Notes: generated from the letters alone by a model not told the origin. A stretch of DNA of 61,038 bases, filler included, from 4 parts of 4 records of this genome joined end to end with filler, not necessarily neighbours in it, one strand, 5' to 3'; counted from the first letter of the whole stretch, positions 28,994-38,719 are shown. Made by a program: numbers and translations.

Positions 28994-31900
28994 TTGGATT
29001 CCCCTCTTCTTAAACTCCCCAATACCTTTCGCGCCTTTTACGGAGCCTTTCCGTCTCTTTTTCCCTTTCAGCTTCAGACCATTGAACCGATCCTTCAGGG
29101 AAGGGACCTGATCTTACGATCCGGAACCGGAACCGGCAAAACCGAGGCGGTTCTGGCGCCCTGCCTTGAACGGGTCTTTATGTCCAAAGGCGTGGACCGC
29201 CTGGTTTATGTGGTTCCCACCCGAGCCCTGGCCTTTGATTTGAAACGCCGACTCGCCCCCATCATCACCCCGCGCCTTGGGCTGGGATTGGGGGTCCGTA
29301 CCGGCGACATTAAACGAAAAGGCGGCCGAACCCCTCACATCATGATTACCACGCCCGAATCCCTGGACGTACTTCTGGGAAGCCGGAATCCCGATCTCAG
29401 GGAATTTGTTTCACGGGCCAATATGGCCGTCATTGACGAAGTCCATCCCCTGGTACACCAGTACCGAGGCCGCCAGCTGGCCCTGGTGCTCAAGCGGCTT
29501 GAACGTCGAACGGGCCGGCTTTTGCAGAAAATCGCACTCTCCGCCACCATTGCCGACATGGACATCATAGCCCGGTTTTTCGATTTTTCATCCACCACGG
29601 TTCACCTTTCCGAAAATGTGTGCAAAGAGATTGTGCCCCACCTGGTTCATCTGAAAAATGAGGATGAAGAACTCACCGCCCTTTTTGACGATCTCTACCG
29701 ATTTTTCCAATACCGAAAAATCCTGATCTTTGCCAACAGCCGCAGCGCATGCGACCGATTGTTTGCCCTGCTGGGGAACAAAGGGTGTTTCAGCGGGGCC
29801 TGCGGCCTTCATTATTCAAATCTCAAGCCGAAAGAACGGCGGGCCGTGGAACGGAATTTTCGCCGGAATCCCCATGCCCTGTGCGTGGCCACCAGCACCC
29901 TTGAGCTGGGGATCGACGTGGGCGACGTGGACGCGGTGGTGCTGTATGAACCCCCGGATTCGGTTTCCGCCTTTCTTCAGCGCATCGGCCGCGCCAACCG
30001 ACGCGTTGAAAAAACATTTTTCTGGGGCATTTGCCGGGGGGTAAAGGCGGGTGAACAGTTGACCCGTTTCCTGGGCCTTCTCGACCTGGCGGAAAAGGGA
30101 GAGGTGGAAAAGCCTCTTCCGCGAAAATTGCACAGCGTTCTGGGCCAGCAGACGGTCAGTTGCCTTTATGAAAAACAGCGTATTTCACCCGGTGCCATGA
30201 AAGATCTGTTCCCTGAAGAAAGCCACGCACTGGATAACATTTTCAAAACCATGGAAAAAACGGGCTGGTTGTCCAGGGGATCCGTCAACGGTATGTTCCA
30301 AGGTGGATGGCAATACCATAATTCCCTTTTTGAATACGGCATATGGAGCAACTTCCCACCGGCTGAAGAAGACTATTCCCTTGAGTTGTCCAAGAAAGTC
30401 ATCGCCGATATCCCCCGGGCGGTCGTGGACCAGTTGGAACCGGGGGACCGGGTCAATCTGGCCGGTAAAAGGCTGTGTATCGCAGAAATCATCCATGCCC
30501 GGGGCGCCGGGCGGGTTTTGGCCGTCCCTTCAGATCGAACGGACAGCAAGGAAATATTCTGGTTGGGCCCCGCCAACCAGGTTTCATACGAAGTGGCCCA
30601 ATCCGTTCGAGAGGTACTCAAGAGTTCTAGCCCTTCGGAAAAAGGGCTTTTTTCACGAACCCGTCTATTGCTTGAACAAGAGCGGAAAAAAATGCGGGAT
30701 GCCGTCATCCTCAAAAACGGCATTGAGGTGGTATTGAACCCCAACGGCTTTTACCGCTACCTGACCTACATGGGATCCGTGGGGAACCTCATCCTGCGCT
30801 GGACCATCAGATACCACCTGCTCGTATCCGGGGAAGAAGATGTGTTTGTGGCTTCCGACGCCGTCGGCGTGGATTGCTCACACCTGATTGATTTCGAAAA
30901 GCTTTCCCTCCCCCTTCAAAAAGAGGATCTGATCTCATGGACAAGACGGAATTTCAAAGTGCTTAAAGCGTCATTTCCTCTAAACCGCTTCTGCAGCATC
31001 CTGCCGGAAACGCTTCATATGGCGGAAATGGCGGATTTTCTTTTTGATGAACGCGTATTGAACGCCTTTTTGCATTATCACGAAGCTTCTTCCACCATTC
31101 GCTCGGGAAGCTTCGATTTTTTTGAGCGGGAACACCATGGGGACAAGGGAGATACCCCTGCGCCCATTGAAATACCGGCAACCGGTCAACCCCTTCTTGA
31201 CCTTGCAAAAGCATGTGGGAAACCCGTGCCTGAAGTTTCCCTCGATTTCCGAGCCCACTCGAACCGTCCGCTCACCGGCGGCATTCTGGCGGACTATTTC
31301 AGGCATCTTCAGTGCGAGCGTTTCCTGCGCCTTCATTTTGTGCCGGCTCATCTTCCACCGGCCTCACAAGCGCCACTTGATGCGGTGACGGATGAACGCA
31401 TTAAAGCGGGTCGTCAATTTGAAGCAACCGTCATGATCCATTTACGAAATAATGGCGCGACCCTGGTTTCCATAACCGAAAGAGATGCCACTGGAAATTT
31501 CAGATCCATGGAACTTCGGCATGGGGAAACCATTGAGGGGTTGAAAAAATTGATGGAAACGCCGGTTGGGGAAAGCAGCGGTCCCCGTTATCTTTCTCAG
31601 GGGCTGCTCCGCGAAAACGGCCTGCTTTCGGATGTGGACGGCATCGGCATTCCGGACCTGATTCGCGTCTCCCGGGAAAAGGAAATCCATGTTTTAACGG
31701 TGGGAGAATTCAAAAGCAGCCCATCTCCCCGATTTCACCACAAATGGCAAGTGGCCTTCTACGCCTTTCTACTCAACAAGATGATGGGGGAACAAAAGAT
31801 TAATGGCACCATCTCCAACCGGGGGTTTCTGCTATTGCCCGCGCAAAAAGATGCGGGGAAAATAGTCGAATACGCATTTGATTTAAATCCGTATCTGTCG

Positions 31901-34687
31901 GCTTTTCCGGCATTGATTCAAAATCTGGATGCGGTTATCTCCAAGAATGCCAAAAGAGCGGAATTCCAACTCAAGAGTCATTGCGTTTATTGCCGATGGT
32001 TCAACTGCTGCCATCAAGAAGCCTTGAACCGGGAAGAGATTCAGTTTTTACCGAACCTGACACCCGGACAGCTGGAGAGACTGAGAGCCCTGAACATCAA
32101 AAACATAAAGCAGGCGATTCAATGGCTGGAGGCCCCGAAAACCGACCCGGCCTCCATACCGCCTCACACGGACCAACAACTGAAAGCCAAAATCGACGCC
32201 GTCTCAAAACACCACATTCTGCTGAAAAACAAATCTACGCGTCTTTTTCCAACCAACATCTCGGTATCCACCATTCTCTACGCAATCCCCGGACCGCATA
32301 GCCGGACCCTGGGGCTGCGCGCAGTAGACGACAAAGGTAATGAGGGAACAGTCCGCACCTGGGAGATGCAAACGGACGGCAACAACAGGGAATCGGCATG
32401 GCATGATTTCGTAAATGTTCTTTTTGCCATCTGGAACCGAGCCATTCAAAAGGGCAAGGGACCGCACGTATTTTCCTTCGGCGGCAAAACACCGTCCCTA
32501 CTTCTCAAATGGGCAGGGGAAATGGGAAGATCGGCGGAATATGAATGGATCGCGGACATGGTTCAAAACCACTGGACCGATCTTCGCCGGGTTTTCAGGT
32601 CCCATTTCACACTCCCCATCCCCGGGGAGCTCACCCTCTATTCCCTGCACCATATCCTGGGCCTGGGCCCCGCTATCAAAAGGCCCTCAAGTCTGTTTCA
32701 CGGGGACAGGCATGAGATTGGACTGAAAGAAGCGCTGATGCTCTGCGGCAACCTGAAAAACTGGCTTTTGGGCCGCCTTGTGAGCCATCGACGGCAAGAA
32801 GGGTGGAAAACGGGGAAGGAAAATGAAGATCCATCCCGATCATATATCCAATTTGTGGAAGAACAGCAACGCTTGAAGCAGGAAGACATCTTGAAGTTGC
32901 AAACATATTCCCTGAAGGAGCGGGTGGAACGTTTCAGGGCCATGGGGCCGATCCGCTTTACGGGAAAAGAATTGGATCATGAAGGAAAATTCCGGTACAA
33001 CTTTTCCATAAGCCACAACCACGGCGCAAGCAAATTCCGGGAAGGGGATTTTTTAAAACTGGCGCATCAAGGGATACCTGATCTTCAAAACGGGTTTTCC
33101 GTTATTCTGAACCGGTACGCCCCAACCGGGAAAACCCTCTCCATCGGCTCCCGGCAGGGACACCTGGCCTTAAACCGACGTATTTCATATTCCCTGGAGG
33201 AAGACGCGGAGGATTGGACCGCCCCCAAACTGAATCACGCGGTTAAAGCCGTTCTGGGCCGGGAAGCACATCCATTCTCACGCTTATTGCGGGGAAACGG
33301 CGCTCGCACACAACATCAAAGCGCCCTAACCTGGATAGGAAAATGGCTCGCACAAAACAAATCCATCGTCGGACTCAATACGGCCCAAAGACGGGCCATG
33401 GAACTCCCTTTTTCCCATGGGCCGGGTCTCATTGACGGTCCTCCCGGAACCGGGAAAACCCATCTTCTGGGCTGGATGCTGATGGCGCTCATCCTCCACG
33501 CCCATGAATCGGGAAAACCCTTGCGCATTGCGCTCAGCGCCCTGACCCACCAGGCCATCGACAACGCACTTGAAAAGGTGGCGCAATTATTGAAGCGGTT
33601 CAACCTCCGCGGCTTTCCCGCACCGTTGATCAAGTGGGGCGATCCCGGTGATTCTGAAAAGGACAATGATGATCTCGGTGTTGAAACATCCAATGATCCG
33701 GAACATATTCTGAGGCGGCCATATCTGATTCTCGGCGCCACAGGATACGGGCTCTACCGCCTTTTTGACAGCCGCAACGGCCGTTTCCCGCCGTACTTTG
33801 ACTGGATGGCCCTGGATGAAGCCTCACAGATGCTGGTTCCCCAGGCGGCCCTGACCCTGGCCTACGGAAAGGGAAATTATCTTTTTCTGGGGGATATTCA
33901 ACAGTTGCCTCCCATTGTGCTGGGCCATGATGAAAGGGAAAACGAAACAGACCTATCACCGAACGGAAAACCGGTGGACGTTCGAAAATCGGTCCTTGAG
34001 CATCTCTTTCAGCATTACGGCGCCGAAAATCGCATCCGCCTGAATGTCACCTACCGGATGAACCGAGAACTCTGCCGGTTTCCGAGCCGCACCTGGTACG
34101 ACGGCGACCTTCACCCCGCCCCTGAAAACGCAAAATCGAGACTCGTGTTGAAAGGGACAATTTCCGACAACCCGATAGACCGGCTCATCGACCCGGATCG
34201 ACCCGCAACCCTCGCAATCATGGACCATCACCGGCATCATCAGGAATGCGAACCGGAAGCCGACCTCATTGCCCGCATCGCCTCCCGAATGATCATCCAT
34301 TTCGCCGTTCATCCGCGGCAGATCGGTTTGATCTCCCCCCATCGCGCTCAAAACAACCTCATCGCAGCCCATCTTTCCAGTCTGCTTGAGGGATCGGGCC
34401 ATGAACTTCCCCTCATTGATACGGTAGAGCGGGTTCAAGGCGCGGAAAAAGACGTCATTATTTTCGGGTTCACCACATCGGATCGGGACCATATCACGTC
34501 CGGGTTCTTAAACAATCCCAATCGATTTAATGTGGTCATGACCAGGGCGAGGAAAAAGCTCATCGTGATCGGCAGCAAGGTTTTTTTCTCCACCATTCCA
34601 AACCGGGAAAAAGAACTCGAAAATAACGCCTGCTTCAAGGAATTTTATGAGCACTGCAAGAAAGAGGGAAATCTCTTTTTTCTTTGA
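28994..34687 (+). CDS. Fusion of Lhr-like SF2 helicase, Cas4/RecB-like PD-(D/E)xK nuclease with Fe-S cysteines, and Upf1/Dna2-like SF1 helicase
   Basis: SF2: GTGTGKT, PTRAL, TTPESL, DEVH, SAT, TSTLELGIDVG, QRIGRA. Nuclease: C...GIPDL...GEFKS...QVAFY...CVYCRWFNCC. SF1: GPPGTGKT, DEASQ, GDIQQLPP, YRM, TVERVQGAEKD, RFNVVMTRAR. Start set at TTG 28994, 2 nt after the upstream stop. Confidence 0.88.
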   Translation: MDSPLLKLPNTFRAFYGAFPSLFPFQLQTIEPILQGRDLILRSGTGTGKTEAVLAPCLERVFMSKGVDRLVYVVPTRALAFDLKRRLAPIITPRLGLGLGVRTGDIKRKGGRTPHIMITTPESLDVLLGSRNPDLREFVSRANMAVIDEVHPLVHQYRGRQLALVLKRLERRTGRLLQKIALSATIADMDIIARFFDFSSTTVHLSENVCKEIVPHLVHLKNEDEELTALFDDLYRFFQYRKILIFANSRSACDRLFALLGNKGCFSGACGLHYSNLKPKERRAVERNFRRNPHALCVATSTLELGIDVGDVDAVVLYEPPDSVSAFLQRIGRANRRVEKTFFWGICRGVKAGEQLTRFLGLLDLAEKGEVEKPLPRKLHSVLGQQTVSCLYEKQRISPGAMKDLFPEESHALDNIFKTMEKTGWLSRGSVNGMFQGGWQYHNSLFEYGIWSNFPPAEEDYSLELSKKVIADIPRAVVDQLEPGDRVNLAGKRLCIAEIIHARGAGRVLAVPSDRTDSKEIFWLGPANQVSYEVAQSVREVLKSSSPSEKGLFSRTRLLLEQERKKMRDAVILKNGIEVVLNPNGFYRYLTYMGSVGNLILRWTIRYHLLVSGEEDVFVASDAVGVDCSHLIDFEKLSLPLQKEDLISWTRRNFKVLKASFPLNRFCSILPETLHMAEMADFLFDERVLNAFLHYHEASSTIRSGSFDFFEREHHGDKGDTPAPIEIPATGQPLLDLAKACGKPVPEVSLDFRAHSNRPLTGGILADYFRHLQCERFLRLHFVPAHLPPASQAPLDAVTDERIKAGRQFEATVMIHLRNNGATLVSITERDATGNFRSMELRHGETIEGLKKLMETPVGESSGPRYLSQGLLRENGLLSDVDGIGIPDLIRVSREKEIHVLTVGEFKSSPSPRFHHKWQVAFYAFLLNKMMGEQKINGTISNRGFLLLPAQKDAGKIVEYAFDLNPYLSAFPALIQNLDAVISKNAKRAEFQLKSHCVYCRWFNCCHQEALNREEIQFLPNLTPGQLERLRALNIKNIKQAIQWLEAPKTDPASIPPHTDQQLKAKIDAVSKHHILLKNKSTRLFPTNISVSTILYAIPGPHSRTLGLRAVDDKGNEGTVRTWEMQTDGNNRESAWHDFVNVLFAIWNRAIQKGKGPHVFSFGGKTPSLLLKWAGEMGRSAEYEWIADMVQNHWTDLRRVFRSHFTLPIPGELTLYSLHHILGLGPAIKRPSSLFHGDRHEIGLKEALMLCGNLKNWLLGRLVSHRRQEGWKTGKENEDPSRSYIQFVEEQQRLKQEDILKLQTYSLKERVERFRAMGPIRFTGKELDHEGKFRYNFSISHNHGASKFREGDFLKLAHQGIPDLQNGFSVILNRYAPTGKTLSIGSRQGHLALNRRISYSLEEDAEDWTAPKLNHAVKAVLGREAHPFSRLLRGNGARTQHQSALTWIGKWLAQNKSIVGLNTAQRRAMELPFSHGPGLIDGPPGTGKTHLLGWMLMALILHAHESGKPLRIALSALTHQAIDNALEKVAQLLKRFNLRGFPAPLIKWGDPGDSEKDNDDLGVETSNDPEHILRRPYLILGATGYGLYRLFDSRNGRFPPYFDWMALDEASQMLVPQAALTLAYGKGNYLFLGDIQQLPPIVLGHDERENETDLSPNGKPVDVRKSVLEHLFQHYGAENRIRLNVTYRMNRELCRFPSRTWYDGDLHPAPENAKSRLVLKGTISDNPIDRLIDPDRPATLAIMDHHRHHQECEPEADLIARIASRMIIHFAVHPRQIGLISPHRAQNNLIAAHLSSLLEGSGHELPLIDTVERVQGAEKDVIIFGFTTSDRDHITSGFLNNPNRFNVVMTRARKKLIVIGSKVFFSTIPNREKELENNACFKEFYEHCKKEGNLFFL

Positions 34688-34822
34688 GGCTTTTCGCTAA
34701 TTTTTTAAAACCTCATCCGACCGCCCAATTATGCGGGCTGAAGTCACCATTTCCTCCCCGTCTCAATAGTGGTCTGCATTGATCAGTGGAAAACCGGAAG
34801 TTGCCTTTTTTCCAGCTTATAA

Positions 34823-35362
34823 TCAAATTTTTCTGCAAACAGCCACCGTATGAATGCCGTGGGGTTCTGTGGTCGTCTGGACGCGCCATCTGCCCGATGC
34901 TTCAATCAACCGCAGAAAATTCTCTTTTTTCCTGTATAGCATAGGCCAGCAGAGGGCCCACCGGAGAAAAGACCATTCGAAATTGGGATGGATGTGGCAG
35001 GTAACAAAATGACCTTCCATTGGCAACAGACTGTAAATCCGGGACATGAGCGCGACGGCCTTTTCATCGGGGCGGTAATCAAGAAATCCTGCCATTTCAA
35101 TAATCTGAGGCTTAAATCCGTTGACACCGACCCCAGAGCCCAGGTTTTTCACAACAACGGCACGGCCCGCTTTATGGTGGAGTTCCTCCAGCACCTGGGG
35201 CAAGATCGCATGAGACAAGGCCACATGCCTCCGCCTCAAAGAATCACACATGTCTAAACCCAGAGTAATCTCATCCAGCTCCCGCCGGTAATTCGGCACC
35301 TTCTCAAAGAGCTCAAGATCGTGGGTGTACACAAGAAGGGGAAAGCCGTACCCGAAATGCAA
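34823..35362 (-). pseudogene. Remnant of a class I SAM-dependent methyltransferase
   Basis: Motif I-like NLGSGVG abuts IIEMAGFLDY with the intervening region apparently missing. WPMLYR C-terminal motif. No RBS; the 5' end abuts a PIN fragment. Confidence 0.5.
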
Positions 35363-35541
35363 TTTCTGAAATTGCCAGAAAAGCCGGCAGATTGCGGGGC
35401 CGGTACACCTTCCTTAAAACCATGGATGCCATCCAAATTGCAGCCAGCATGGAAGTGAATGCGGACGCCTTTTTCACCAATGACGTACAACTGACAAAGG
35501 TCACGGAAATTCCAATGTTGGTCCTGAAGGATTTTCTTTGA
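35362..35541 (+). pseudogene. C-terminal fragment of a PIN/VapC-type toxin
   Basis: ISEIARKAGRLRGRYTFLKTMDAIQIAASMEVNADAFFTNDVQLTKVTEIPMLVLKDFL*. No start codon between the in-frame stop at 35266 and this fragment. Not in the ORF track. Confidence 0.7.
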
Positions 35542-35646
35542 CCGGGAATCCTTCCGCATTCGTAAGCACTGTCACATCTAATCCGCATCTAGATCTCCCC
35601 GCTAAACCGTCCTCTCCAAGAAGTTTCCGCTTGTTCAAGCACCTCA

Positions 35647-35989
35647 TTAAGGGGCCGATGTGGCCATAACCGCCAACTGGGAGCGATCCAGAGCCTCCTT
35701 TAGATTCGTGGTGATATGAATTGGCGCCTCGCTTTCCTCGGCAAGCTTTTCAAGCAGTTCCCGTTTCCGCCCCATGGCAATCACATCATATTTTCGGGCC
35801 AGAATTTTGCTCATGGCCCTGCCGATCTTGCCTAAGCGCCCACCACCGCAATCGTTTTGGGATTGAGATCAAACCTTTCAATCATCATCTTGACCCCGTT
35901 AAGACCCGATGCTACCGAATAGGCATCTCCGTGGGTGATGGGGATGGAAATGCCCTTTTCCTCCTTCGCTGAAAAGCGGCTTTGCCCAT
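35647..35989 (-). pseudogene. Fragmented COG5322-like (acyl-ACP reductase/shikimate-DH-like) oxidoreductase
   Basis: GGAGG-ATG MGKAAF, then a frame jump to IPITHGDAYSVA...TIAVVGA. A frameshift (GCTTAGGC) leads to GKIGRAMSKILA...AVMATSAP*. Confidence 0.6.
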
Positions 35990-36386
35990 AGCTACCTCCG
36001 GATCAAGTTCGGAATTAAAAATTTCCCGCCAAACGGGCATTGCCCCTCGGCTTATTGGAGATAGACGCGGGAAATGGGAATTCTTTAAAAGAATCTCAAA
36101 TTTTTGAAAATAGAAATCTAAACATCTGATTTCAGATTGCATATCTCCGGATCATCCGTTTATCCCCCTAAAATGTTCAGATATTCAAATTCGTTTTGCT
36201 TCCGGGAAATCGCCTTTCAAGAGAATATTTCAAGATTGTTTGAATAATATGGTCCCGTCCACGTCTAATTCAGATAGGCGCAGCAACCCAATACAGACAA
36301 AGAAAACCCTTGCTCCCGGTCAGCGTGGTGGGTTATGGATTCTGAAACACAGTGCTCAATTTCGATTCATAGGATATAATTGCTTT

Positions 36387-36415
36387 TGAACCCTGCATCG
36401 TTTTTTTACCTCTAA
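36387..36415 (+). promoter_or_regulatory. Putative ECF-dependent autoregulatory promoter
   Basis: TGAACC-N17-CTCTAA immediately before the sigma gene. The same AACC-N17-CTCTAA occurs at 38205-38231. Confidence 0.45.
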
Positions 36416-36425
36416 TAAAACGAAG

Positions 36426-37019
36426 GTGAGGACGAAGTTGGCCCCTTTGACGGATGAACAACTTGTAAAAAAATGCAAGCGCGGATTTCAAAAACGGAAG
36501 CATTGGGATGTTCTGATTCTTCGTTATGACAAATACGTAAAGGAAATCGCCCGAAAAAGGTTGTCTGACCCGGAACCGGTTAAGGACATTGTGCAGGATA
36601 CTTTTTTTAAAGCTTTTAAGGGGCTAGGAAGTTTCAGGGGAGACTGCAGCTTCAAGACCTGGCTCTCCGTAATCGCCGTAAGGCTTTGCAGCAGTTATCA
36701 GAGGGATGCAGCAAGAAACCGTGAACGATTTCCTTTCTCCTTTGAGGATGAAAAAGTTAAAACAGACAAAATTTTCACTGAAAAGCGAGAAAAAGATACC
36801 CTTAAGCAATTGCTCAACAAGGAAGAAAAAATGATGGTGAGATCCGCATTAAAGGAGCTTTCAAAGGCCCATCGAGAGACCATCACCTTATGGAGCGAGG
36901 GATTTTCCTATGAGGAAATTGCAGAACTCATGGGGACCTCCACAAAAACCGTCGGCTCCAGAATCTATTACGCCAAGATTAAAATCAGGGAAATGTTGGT
37001 AAGGAAGGGCTTTTTCTAA
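36426..37019 (+). CDS. ECF sigma-70 factor
   Basis: DEQLV, DIVQDTFFKAF..L.SFRGDCSFKTWL, region 4 EGFSYEEIAELMG....TVGSRI. Confidence 0.92.
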   Translation: MRTKLAPLTDEQLVKKCKRGFQKRKHWDVLILRYDKYVKEIARKRLSDPEPVKDIVQDTFFKAFKGLGSFRGDCSFKTWLSVIAVRLCSSYQRDAARNRERFPFSFEDEKVKTDKIFTEKREKDTLKQLLNKEEKMMVRSALKELSKAHRETITLWSEGFSYEEIAELMGTSTKTVGSRIYYAKIKIREMLVRKGFF

Positions 37020-37071
37020 CTGAAAACGAAGTTCCTTAATTTATAGGGATACCAAAAAGAGGACGAAACCC

Positions 37072-37557
37072 ATGAAAAATAAATGTGAAGAGATGGCGCC
37101 CCTCATAAGCGCCTACCTTGACGGAGAAAGCACGAAGAGCGACAGACGGGAGGTTGAAGGGCATTTGGCGTTATGTGAGGATTGCCGGAAACTGGCCCGC
37201 GAACTGGATATGGCGGGGCAATTTATTAAAGAAACCCTTTTTGAAAATGCCGAATCCGAATGGCGCCCCGACTTTGTTGATGAAGAGAGAAAGACGCCGA
37301 CCGATATTTGGGGTCCTATCAGGGAGCGAATAAAAAAGCTGATCGGAAAACCCCTTGTCTGGGCGCCGGCAGCAGTTGCGGCGGCTGCAATGGTCCTTAT
37401 GGTGTTCACATTTCCTTTTGAGGATTCAAAAGCGCCGTTTGAAGTGAGCAAAGTGGAATCGGTTTTCAGCCGAAGCGGGAAGGTCATGATCCTTCAGACG
37501 GGCAAAACCGGCGAACCGATTATCTGGATACTCCCTGAAAAAAGCACATCAGGATAA
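37072..37557 (+). CDS. zf-HC2 membrane-anchored anti-sigma factor
   Basis: CEEM..LISAYLDGE...HLALCEDC, one TM segment, short periplasmic tail. Confidence 0.9.
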   Translation: MKNKCEEMAPLISAYLDGESTKSDRREVEGHLALCEDCRKLARELDMAGQFIKETLFENAESEWRPDFVDEERKTPTDIWGPIRERIKKLIGKPLVWAPAAVAAAAMVLMVFTFPFEDSKAPFEVSKVESVFSRSGKVMILQTGKTGEPIIWILPEKSTSG

Positions 37558-37626
37558 AGGTGAATCAATGATTCCGGAATTCTCAACCTTTCCCGCTACG
37601 GTTTAAAATTTCTGGAAGGAGGTTTC

Positions 37627-38091
37627 ATGATGAAACGCAATACGGCGATTAAAATTACTGTTGCAGCTTTATTCATATGCCTGCATTTTCTAAGCCCTTC
37701 GTTTGCCGTCGCTTTTTCAGGGCTTAAGGCAAGGGTGGAGGTCATAAAGGCGGATCGAAATTCAAACAGGGTGGATTCTGAATTAAAAGATCTTGTAAAA
37801 GACCTGGCCCCGGTCCTGAATTATTCCGGTTTTTCCCTTATCAAACAAGCGGTTATTCATCTGGCGCCCGATAATACGGGGTCGGTTATTTTACCCGACC
37901 ACCGAATTCTTGAACTTCAGTTTCTGGGTTTCAAGGATCAACAGGCCCGACTTTCAGTTCGCATTCTGGAAAAAGGAAAAGAGACATTTCGCACAATTCT
38001 TCTATTGGTGAACAAAGGAAACATTCTGATCGGCGGTCCCCCATACGAAAAGGGCGTTCTTCTGCTGCGCGTTGGCGGGGAATTCAAGTAA
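37627..38091 (+). CDS. Exported protein of unknown function
   Basis: Signal peptide ending AVA. The mature domain is similar to the C-terminus of the 43331 lipoprotein. Confidence 0.75.
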   Translation: MMKRNTAIKITVAALFICLHFLSPSFAVAFSGLKARVEVIKADRNSNRVDSELKDLVKDLAPVLNYSGFSLIKQAVIHLAPDNTGSVILPDHRILELQFLGFKDQQARLSVRILEKGKETFRTILLLVNKGNILIGGPPYEKGVLLLRVGGEFK

Positions 38092-38204
38092 GGCTCCTGA
38101 CAAACGGGCGCCATAACACCTGCATGGGAAAAGCGCTTTCCTTTTTCACCCCTGCCCCACCACACAAGTCCATTTTAAAAAAAACTACAGATTGATTTGA
38201 AGAA

Positions 38205-38231
38205 AACCAACGTTCCCCGGTCTATCTCTAA
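38205..38231 (+). promoter_or_regulatory. Second putative ECF promoter
   Basis: AACC-N17-CTCTAA, same spacing as 36389-36415. Confidence 0.4.
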
Positions 38232-38359
38232 AAGAGCGGTTTAAGGACTTACGAACCGGGTGGGAAACCCACAGCTTTTAACGGTGGTTCTTCGCATCGC
38301 CCGTTTTTTCAGTTGAACAAAAGAAATCAATAAATCCATTGAATGGGGAGGGCAAAATC

Positions 38360-38719
38360 ATGAAGAAATTTCTGGCTTTGACAATCGGTCTTGTTCTGTT
38401 AGCGGGCGTCTGTGGAACCGCCATGGCCGGCTCTGAAAATAGATACCGATGGGAAGGCGCGATCATCGGCGCCGGCGCATTGCTGCTGCTCAATGAAATC
38501 CTCAAACAACCGCAGTGCGAATACCGTGCATCGGGATATGCACCCAGACGGTGTGGACATTGGGAAAGCAGAAGACACTGGATTCCGCCAAAATATAGGG
38601 AAGCCTGGTGCGAGGGGTATTATGATAGGAGACATCGATGGATTCCAGGGCGTTGGACCAGGGTTAAGGTTAGAGATGGACATTACAGAACAACACGGGT
38701 CTGGATAATGTGTCGATAA
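38360..38719 (+). CDS. Small exported Arg/Trp-rich protein (YXWGXW-like repeats)
   Basis: Signal peptide ending AMA, GAIIGAG, repeated GHW/HWIPP/WCEGYY/WIPGRW/GHY. Start ATG 38360. Confidence 0.7.
   Translation: MKKFLALTIGLVLLAGVCGTAMAGSENRYRWEGAIIGAGALLLLNEILKQPQCEYRASGYAPRRCGHWESRRHWIPPKYREAWCEGYYDRRHRWIPGRWTRVKVRDGHYRTTRVWIMCR

Noticed and set aside
31300-32020. Cas4-like domain as evidence of CRISPR-Cas
   Set aside because: No cas1/cas2 or repeat-spacer array is visible; the domain is embedded in a helicase fusion.
26448-34687. Calling the locus BREX or Shango
   Set aside because: No pglX/pglZ/brxC/pglW and no TerB-domain gene; only shared components.
38244-38310. GGTGGGAAACCCAC hairpin reminiscent of a ZTP riboswitch
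   Set aside because: The ACUGGCG and CGCCUGGG pseudoknot partners are absent and the gene context does not fit.
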